Positions 57,776-64,000 of a DNA stretch of 64,000 nt are shown piece by piece. Numbering within the stretch: the first letter of the stretch is position 1; each line of letters opens with the position of its first letter. Origin of the DNA: Pyrinomonadaceae bacterium (lineage in GTDB: Bacteria > Acidobacteriota > Blastocatellia > Pyrinomonadales > Pyrinomonadaceae); assembly GCA_036387135.1 (NCBI GenBank), contig DASVUH010000007.1:2105-66104 (forward strand). The letters are read 5' to 3'. Both the position numbers and the translations under genes were made by a program. The notes below the pieces were generated by a model. The model had not been told where the DNA came from. It saw nothing but the letters and a program-made list of their open reading frames with translations, and searched no databases.

Positions 57776-58001
57776 ATAAAACAGCTTCTTGCCGGAGCGT
57801 TTCGGAATCGGGTAAGAGAATGTGGAAGCTTAAATAAGAATTCAGACTTGTTTTTAAATTTTTATTTCAGTGATTTCACTTTTTTATTGCCATAAAGCCA
57901 ATTTTACGTTAATTTCCTTAAAGAGATTTGTTTTCCCAAATCTCGATTTGTCCGCTCTTTTCTGCTAAAGTTTCTCGCACACCGAATAAAGTTCTCGCTC
58001 G

Positions 58002-59591
58002 ATGCAAAATTCCTGGGTTAAAAACAGTTTCGCCAAATTTTGGCAGCCTTTGCTGCTTGCCGCGACTTTGCTGTTTTTGTACGCGCCCGCTTTAAAGCTG
58101 CTCGCGCAAACCTGGTGGACGGACGAAAACTATTCGCACGGGCTTTTGATTCCGTTTTTGATTGGCTTTCTGCTCTGGTTTGAAAAGGACGAGCTGGGAA
58201 AACTGGAAAAACGCCCGGCTTTTCCGGCGGGCGGAATCACTGTTTTGGCGGCGATGCTTCTTTTGCTCGTCGGAATTTTGGGCGCAGAGCTTTTTACGCA
58301 GAGATTTTCGCTTTTGCTGATGCTCGCCGGAATTACGATTTATTTTTTCGGCTGGCAAATTTTGAAAAAGCACGTCGTGCCGTTTGTTTTGCTCGCGCTG
58401 GCGATTCCGATGCCGACGATTCTTTTTAACAAAATCGCATTTCCGCTTCAGCTTTTGGCGACGGATTTGGCGGTTTGGGGAATTCGGCTGTTCGGAATTC
58501 CGGCGGCGAAATTCGGTAACGTCATCGAATTGCTGCCGCGCGGCGCTTCGCAATCAATCTGGCTCGAAGTCGTCGAGGCGTGCAGCGGGATTCGCTCTTT
58601 GATGACGCTCGTCACGCTCGCGCTCGTATATGCTTATTTTACGAGCCGACGGAGGAATTTCGCGTCTTTAAAAAGTTTTGATTTGTGGCGCGCGGCAATT
58701 TTAATGTTTGCCGCATTGCCGATTGCGGTTTTAACCAACGGCGTGCGCGTCTCCGCGACCGGGATTCTGGCTTATTACTACGGCGGTGAAACCGCGCAGG
58801 GCTTTTTGCACGGCGCTTCGGGCTGGCTGGTTTATGTCGCGGCTTTGCTGCTGCTGCTGTTTGTCGGAAAAATCCTGGATTTAAGCCGGAGACAGGGAGA
58901 AATCAGCAAAACTGATTTTCACTCCTTTTCTCCTTTTTTCCTCTTCTCCTCTTCTTTTAAATTCTGGCTTTTGCTGCTGGTTTTGCTAACGGGCGGCGCG
59001 CTGATTCATTGGCGCGAAGCGGCAGGTGAAATTCGTCCCGACAGAAAACTGTTGAAAGATTTTCCGGCGAAAATCGGCGATTGGCGGCAAAACGGCGCAG
59101 ACCAGCGTTTTGAAACTGAAGTTGAAACGGTTCTCGGCTCGGACGATTATTTGATGCGCGATTATTTTGTCCCGGCTTCGGGCAAAGGCGCGAATCTTTA
59201 CATCGGTTATTATGAAACTCAGCGCACGGGCGCGACTTATCACAGCCCGCGCAACTGTCTGCCCGGTTCGGGCTGGACGATGACCGAAAGCGAGCCGGTG
59301 GAAATCAGTTTGCCCGACGGGCAGAAATTCGTCGCCAACAATTATGTAATTGAAAACAATCGCTCAAAAGCCTTGATGATTTACTGGTATCAAGGGCGCG
59401 GGCGATTTGTCGCAAATGAATATAAAGACAAGTTTTTCACCGTTTTAGACAGCATTTCGCGCCGCCGCTCGGACGGCGCGATGATTCGCGTCGTCGTTTC
59501 GATTGACAAATCCGAACAAGACGCCCTGGAAACCGCTAAAAACTTGGCTGCCGGAGCAGCCGCCGACCTCCACGAATTTGTGCCAAATTAA
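58002..59591 (+). CDS. Exosortase (EpsH/Xrt family) fused to a C-terminal EpsI-family domain. Contains a CT-rich repeat insertion.
   Basis: N-terminus WWTDENYSHGLLIP. Catalytic region EVVEACSGIRSL and TNGVRVSATG. The C-terminal ~190 aa resemble EpsI. Confidence 0.8.
   Translation: MQNSWVKNSFAKFWQPLLLAATLLFLYAPALKLLAQTWWTDENYSHGLLIPFLIGFLLWFEKDELGKLEKRPAFPAGGITVLAAMLLLLVGILGAELFTQRFSLLLMLAGITIYFFGWQILKKHVVPFVLLALAIPMPTILFNKIAFPLQLLATDLAVWGIRLFGIPAAKFGNVIELLPRGASQSIWLEVVEACSGIRSLMTLVTLALVYAYFTSRRRNFASLKSFDLWRAAILMFAALPIAVLTNGVRVSATGILAYYYGGETAQGFLHGASGWLVYVAALLLLLFVGKILDLSRRQGEISKTDFHSFSPFFLFSSSFKFWLLLLVLLTGGALIHWREAAGEIRPDRKLLKDFPAKIGDWRQNGADQRFETEVETVLGSDDYLMRDYFVPASGKGANLYIGYYETQRTGATYHSPRNCLPGSGWTMTESEPVEISLPDGQKFVANNYVIENNRSKALMIYWYQGRGRFVANEYKDKFFTVLDSISRRRSDGAMIRVVVSIDKSEQDALETAKNLAAGAAADLHEFVPN
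58922..58957. repeat. CT-rich tandem repeat tract (ctcctttt / cctcttc units) in-frame between the exosortase and EpsI domains (encodes FSPFFLFSSSF)
   Basis: Read directly. Similar to the coaBC tract at 19063..19097. Confidence 0.7.
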
Positions 59592-59769
59592 CAAATCCGT
59601 GCTACAATGCCGCAAAATCAAAACTCTTTCGCGCTACTCCCAAGCGCTTGATTTTTGGGATGTTTCAACGATTCGCAATATTCCCTTAATGCCGACAATT
59701 TTCTAATCGGTTGTAAAAATAAATAAAATTACGAGTTTTAAGTTTTAAATCCAAACGAATTAGCCCAGA

Positions 59770-62076
59770 ATGAAAGCAAATTCTCCGAAAATCAGATTCG
59801 TCACCGCAGCTTTGGCTTTGCTCGCCGCAAATCTCCTTATTTTTTCCGGCGCGGCTTGCAGCACGGCAAAGGCGGTACAAGCGCACGTCGAGCGCGGCGA
59901 AAGCTATCTCAAAGAACGGCGTTTCCCCGAAGCCTCGCTCGAATTTCGCAGCGCGATTGAACTGGATAAAGCTTCCGCTCCGGCGCATTTCGGTCTGGCG
60001 CGCGCTTTTGAAGGTCAGCAGCGGCTGGCGGAAACGGTGGAAGAATTGCGCCGCACGGTCGAACTGGACAAAACTCAACTCGAAGCGCGCGTAAAATTGG
60101 GAAATTATTTGCTGATAGCGCAGCCGCCTTTAACGGAAGAAACCGAAAAATTAATTCAGGAAATTTTCGCCGCCGACCCGAATTACATTGAAGGTCACGT
60201 TTTGCAGGCGAGCGTGATGACGGTCAAAAACGCCGCGACGAGCGAAGTCGCCGCCCAACTCGAAAAAGCCGTTTCGCTCAATCCGCAAAGAGTCGAAACG
60301 TATCTCAGTCTGGCGCGTTTTTACGTTTCGCGCGAGAAAACGGAGGACGCTGAAAAAACGTTCAGCCGCGCTTTTGCCGTCAACGAAAAATCGGCAATCG
60401 CGCACATCGAATACGCGCGTTTTCTCGATCTCAAAGGGCGCGCTGACGAAGCCGAAAAACATTATCTGCGCGCGACGGAAGTCGAACCGAAAGAGCGCGA
60501 GCCGCTCGAAGCTCTCGCCGGATTTTATTACGCGCACGGACAGCTCGAAAAGGCGGAAAACGCTTATAAAAATTTGGGCAATTTAAATCCCGACCGACCG
60601 GAAGAAAAAACTCTGCTCGCGGATTTTTACGCAGCCGTTAATCGCCCGGATGATGCGCGGCGAATTTACGGCGAGATTTTGGCGGTCAGACCGGAATTTG
60701 TCCGCGCTCGGACACGAATGGGCGAGCTTTATTTGCAAACCGGCGACACCAAAGCGGCGAGCAATGAAGTGACGGAAATTCTGAGCCGCAACAACAAAGA
60801 CGTGCAGGGTTTGACTTTGCGGGCGCGCGTTTCTTTAAAAACCGGCGAGCCGGAAGCCGCAATCAAGGATTTACAGGAAGTTTTAAAACAGGAACCGAGC
60901 AACCGGCTGGCGCTTTATTATATGGCTGACGCTCAGTTTCGCGCCGGGCAAACCGAACAGGCGCGCAATTTTATAAACGATTTACAGCGTTATCATCCGA
61001 ATTATCCGCACGCCAAGCTTTTAAACGCGCAAATCAGCTTTGCCGCAGGCGAGCCGGAAACTGCTTTGAATCAAGCGAACGAGTTGCTCAAAACGCTTGA
61101 AAAATCTACCCCCGACGGCGATATTTCCGCCGCTTCGCTCGCCGAGCTGCGCGTCAACGCTCTCGTCGCGCGCGGAACGGCGAATTTGCAGCTCGGAAAG
61201 GAACAGGAAGCGCGCGCCGATTTCCAAATTGCGCAAAAGCACGCTCCAAATTCGGCTAGCGTGTATCTGAGTCAGGCGAGCGCCGCGCAGCGCGGCAAAA
61301 ACGCTGCGGAAGCCGCGCGCTTTTACGAAAAGGCTTTGCAGCTCGACGCCAATAATTTCGACGGCTTGAGCGGTTTCGTCAGCGCCAAGATTCGGCAAAA
61401 AGATTTCACGGCGGCGCATTCGCAAATTGATCGCGCTTTTAGCGCAAACCGCGCCGACAATAAATTGCAAGCCGCGCTTTTTTATCTCAAAGCGCAGGTT
61501 TTCACGGCGGAAAACAAAACCTCGGAAGCCGAAAATGCTCTTCATCAATCAATCGCTCAGAATACCGATTATCTTCCGGCTTATCAGGCTTACGCCGCTT
61601 TGCTCGCAGCGAGCAGACAAGTTGACCGCGCGATTGAAAATTATCGCCAGATTTTGCAGCGCAGCCCTGCGAGCGATGAAACTTTTACGCTCATCGGGAT
61701 GCTCGAAGAAGGACGCGGAAACGCGGACGAAGCGGTTAAGAATTACCGCGAGGCTTTGCGAGTCAATCCGAATGCTCCGGTTGCTGCGAATAATCTGGCG
61801 TGGATTATCGCCGACACCGGGCGCGGAAATTTGGACGAAGCCGTTACGCTGGCGCAAACGCTCGTCGAAAAACATCCGAACGAGCCGGTTTATGCAGACA
61901 CGCTCGGCTGGGTTTTTCACAAAAAAGGTCAAAAAGATCGGGCAATCGCACAGCTTCGACGCGCCGTCTCGCTCGAAGAAAAAGCAGCCCTGCAAGCCGG
62001 GCGCGCGCCCGCGCAAATGTATAAAAACCGTCTCGAAACGGTTCTCGCCGCTGCGGACAACCGCGCTGCTCTCTAA
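59770..62076 (+). CDS. PEP-CTERM-system-type TPR repeat lipoprotein (PrsT-like)
   Basis: 768 aa, lipoprotein-like signal ..FSGAAC, wall-to-wall TPR repeats. Positioned between the exosortase and the chain-length determinant gene. Confidence 0.7.
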   Translation: MKANSPKIRFVTAALALLAANLLIFSGAACSTAKAVQAHVERGESYLKERRFPEASLEFRSAIELDKASAPAHFGLARAFEGQQRLAETVEELRRTVELDKTQLEARVKLGNYLLIAQPPLTEETEKLIQEIFAADPNYIEGHVLQASVMTVKNAATSEVAAQLEKAVSLNPQRVETYLSLARFYVSREKTEDAEKTFSRAFAVNEKSAIAHIEYARFLDLKGRADEAEKHYLRATEVEPKEREPLEALAGFYYAHGQLEKAENAYKNLGNLNPDRPEEKTLLADFYAAVNRPDDARRIYGEILAVRPEFVRARTRMGELYLQTGDTKAASNEVTEILSRNNKDVQGLTLRARVSLKTGEPEAAIKDLQEVLKQEPSNRLALYYMADAQFRAGQTEQARNFINDLQRYHPNYPHAKLLNAQISFAAGEPETALNQANELLKTLEKSTPDGDISAASLAELRVNALVARGTANLQLGKEQEARADFQIAQKHAPNSASVYLSQASAAQRGKNAAEAARFYEKALQLDANNFDGLSGFVSAKIRQKDFTAAHSQIDRAFSANRADNKLQAALFYLKAQVFTAENKTSEAENALHQSIAQNTDYLPAYQAYAALLAASRQVDRAIENYRQILQRSPASDETFTLIGMLEEGRGNADEAVKNYREALRVNPNAPVAANNLAWIIADTGRGNLDEAVTLAQTLVEKHPNEPVYADTLGWVFHKKGQKDRAIAQLRRAVSLEEKAALQAGRAPAQMYKNRLETVLAAADNRAAL

Positions 62077-62103
62077 AGATTTTGAGGTTCGCGTAAAACG
62101 AAA

Positions 62104-62271
62104 ATGTTATCGGCAGTTTTCACAATTTTGTTAGACATTAAGCTGCAAAGCGTTGACTTTAATGAAGATGCGTGGGTGCTGATGGCGGGCGTCGGGTTGA
62201 TAATTTTGGTGTTTGTTCTGCGGCGCTGGTTCCGCGGCGGCAAAAAAGATGAAACAAACTTGCTGTTTTAA
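62104..62271 (+). CDS. Possible small single-TM protein (55 aa) between the PrsT-like and Wzz-like genes
   Basis: MLSAVFTILLDIKLQSVDFNEDAWVLMAGVGLIILVFVLRRWFRGGKKDETNLLF. Below the ORF-track cutoff and found by eye. Hydrophobic helix followed by RRWFRGGKK. Confidence 0.3.
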   Translation: MLSAVFTILLDIKLQSVDFNEDAWVLMAGVGLIILVFVLRRWFRGGKKDETNLLF

Positions 62272-62284
62272 CTGGTAAAAAAAC

Positions 62285-63946
62285 ATGGGCGTTGAATTTC
62301 GGCAAAGAAGTTTAGGCGAATTATTCGCAATGGTTTGGCGGCGCAAGCTGATTATTTTGCTGCCCGTCGCGGCGATGACCGTGGCTGTCTGGTGGGTTGT
62401 CGTGCAGCTTCCGAGCATTTACGAATCAACCACGCTTTTGACGATTCGCCCGCCCGCGATCTCGAACAACGTGATTCAACCGCTTTCGGACGAAGATGTG
62501 TCGGCGCGGCTTAATCAAATCACCGAAGAAATCAAAAGCCGCTCATCGCTCGAACCGATGATCACGAAATACAGACTCTTCACACGCGAACGCGATGCGG
62601 GCGTGCCGATGGAGCTTTTGATTGACCGGATGCGGACCAACATCAATGTCCAGATGCGAGACCGCACGGCGGACGACAAAGTTCCCGCTTTTACGATTTC
62701 CTACCGCGACCGCGAACCTGAAGCCGCGCGCAACGTCGTCGCCGAGCTTGCCGGAAAATTTGTCAACACGCAAACGGAAAACTCCCAGCGCGAGTCGAAA
62801 GCGACGCAGGAATTTTTCGAGAAACAGCTCGCCGAATCGAAAGAGAAATTAGACCAGATTGACGCGCAGCGGCTCACGTATATGCTGCAAAATGTGGACA
62901 AACTGCCGACCGCTGCGGGCGGTTTGATCGCGCAGCTCAACGGTTTGCACGAGCAGTTAAAAACCGCAGCCGAGCGCGAGCAGTCGGTCGAAACCGAAAT
63001 CGGGCGAATGCGCGACAATCGGGTTTTGCTCGAACGCCAGAAAAACACGATTAGCGACATCAGCGAAAAAGAAGCCGCCGAGCGCGACCGCCTGCTTTCC
63101 GATCCGACTCGAACGCCCGCTTATGCGGATTTGATTAAGCGCCGCACCGAATACAAAGAGCAGTTGCAAAAAATGCAGACCGAATATCGCCCGAAACACC
63201 CGGACGTTGTCGCCAAGCAAGCGCAAATCGAAACGGTCGAGAAAGAAATCGCCGCGCTGGTTGCTTCAGCGAAAACCAGTCAGGACGAAATGCGAGCCGC
63301 GTCCAGAGGCAGAATTGATTTGCAAATTCAGAGCATCGAAAACGAGCAGCGCCGGATAGACGGTGAAATCGGCAGGCAAGAGCAGCTTTTACAACAAATA
63401 AAAAGTTCGGCGGGGCAGGTTCAAACCGCAATCAGCGATTTGCAGCGCCGCATCGAAAGCATCCCGAATGCGGAAGTCGCGCTCGAATCTTTCAACCGCG
63501 ATTACCAGACCGCAAAAGGGAGCTATGACGAGCTGTTAAAGAAAAACAATGACGCCCGCTTGCAAGCCGAGCGCGAAAAAAATTCGCAGGGCGAAACGAT
63601 TCGAGTCGTTGACGCGGCGAATTTACCGCAATCTCCGGTCGCGCCGAAACGCCCGATGCTGATTGCCATCGGCGCTTTGCTCGGTTTGGCGCTCGGTTTT
63701 GTTTTCGCGGCGGCGGCGGAAATGCCGCGCCTTTTCACGATTCAAAGCGTTGACGACGCCAAACATTACACGGGGCTTCCCGTTTTGGCGAATGTGCCGG
63801 AGCTTTTAACGCCCGCTGAGAAACGCTGGCGGGCGATTTTCGGAGTTTTGAAAACAGGATTTGCCGTTGCGGTTGCCGCCGCGAGCATTCCGGTTTTAAT
63901 TTTCGTGCTGCAAATATCGCACGTTTTTGACAGGTTTGTTTCTTAA
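62285..63946 (+). CDS. Polysaccharide chain-length determinant protein (Wzz/GumC-like, PEP-CTERM-locus subfamily)
   Basis: N-terminal TM LIILLPVAAMTVAVWWVVV. Long coiled-coil periplasmic region. C-terminal TM MLIAIGALLGLALGFVFAAAA. Confidence 0.8.
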   Translation: MGVEFRQRSLGELFAMVWRRKLIILLPVAAMTVAVWWVVVQLPSIYESTTLLTIRPPAISNNVIQPLSDEDVSARLNQITEEIKSRSSLEPMITKYRLFTRERDAGVPMELLIDRMRTNINVQMRDRTADDKVPAFTISYRDREPEAARNVVAELAGKFVNTQTENSQRESKATQEFFEKQLAESKEKLDQIDAQRLTYMLQNVDKLPTAAGGLIAQLNGLHEQLKTAAEREQSVETEIGRMRDNRVLLERQKNTISDISEKEAAERDRLLSDPTRTPAYADLIKRRTEYKEQLQKMQTEYRPKHPDVVAKQAQIETVEKEIAALVASAKTSQDEMRAASRGRIDLQIQSIENEQRRIDGEIGRQEQLLQQIKSSAGQVQTAISDLQRRIESIPNAEVALESFNRDYQTAKGSYDELLKKNNDARLQAEREKNSQGETIRVVDAANLPQSPVAPKRPMLIAIGALLGLALGFVFAAAAEMPRLFTIQSVDDAKHYTGLPVLANVPELLTPAEKRWRAIFGVLKTGFAVAVAAASIPVLIFVLQISHVFDRFVS

Positions 63947-64000
63947 ACGATGAACGATGAACGATGAATGATGAACGGATTTTAATTCATCATTCATCGT
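63947..64000. repeat. (ACGATGA)n heptamer array followed by its inverted copy (ttcatcattcatcg), forming a 14-bp hairpin directly after the Wzz-like stop codon
   Basis: cgatgaatgatgaa (63963-63976) and ttcatcattcatcg (63986-63999) are exact reverse complements. The window ends here. Confidence 0.8.

Noticed and set aside
47000-57900. Large genomic island inferred from lower GC across ~10 kb
   Set aside because: Spot GC counts vary between 38% and 57% within this span and also elsewhere (for example near priA). Without a proper sliding-window calculation, only the two clearly AT-rich islets and the low-GC gene at 21383-22243 are reported.
62131-62418. Minus-strand 95-aa ORF spanning the PrsT/Wzz intergenic region
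   Set aside because: It overlaps the start of the well-supported Wzz-like gene and the small plus-strand TM ORF. It has no motifs.

Overview
This 64-kb window looks like a bacterial chromosomal segment of roughly 50% GC, probably from a proteolytic, Acidobacteria-like organism. That guess rests on the PEP-CTERM/exosortase locus, the many secreted peptidases and the TPR proteins, and it is inference only. The gene content is mostly housekeeping and envelope functions. Identified genes include truB, recX, priA, coaBC, ung, a cystathionine beta-synthase, a crtE/crtB-like isoprenoid pair and a thiO-like oxidase. There is also an ABC ATPase next to an ABC-2 permease fused to an M1 aminopeptidase, and a flotillin-like protein. 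About ten secreted peptidases are present (two S41, plus M28, M16, M24, S33, S15/CocE and an isoaspartyl peptidase). A PEP-CTERM locus begins near the right edge, with an exosortase-EpsI fusion, a PrsT-like TPR lipoprotein and a Wzz-like chain-length determinant. No rRNA, intact tRNA, CRISPR array, transposase or integrase was found. The main findings are listed below.
- A family of heptanucleotide tandem repeats is inserted in-frame into conserved genes (truB, coaBC, an M16 peptidase, a crtB-like gene, the exosortase) and also sits in intergenic DNA. The same unit occurs in two unrelated genes, and some copies form inverted pairs.
- A MITE-like element of about 100-125 bp with terminal inverted repeats is present in two copies.
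- A vapBC toxin-antitoxin cassette is inserted at the 5-prime end of an MBL-fold gene and is flanked by a 47-bp direct duplication. The vapC toxin gene carries an in-frame TGA and appears inactivated.
- A secreted protein gene with a Cys-rich C-terminus is interrupted by an in-frame TAA. It lies next to a 4-TM protein and a tRNA-like 3-prime fragment ending in CCA.
- Two family-4 uracil-DNA glycosylase paralogs sit in tandem. One lacks the Fe-S cysteines and has Asn in place of the motif-B His. A divergent family-1 UNG lies 15 kb away.
- A translationally coupled operon centred on an Uma2 endonuclease ends in a low-GC gene.
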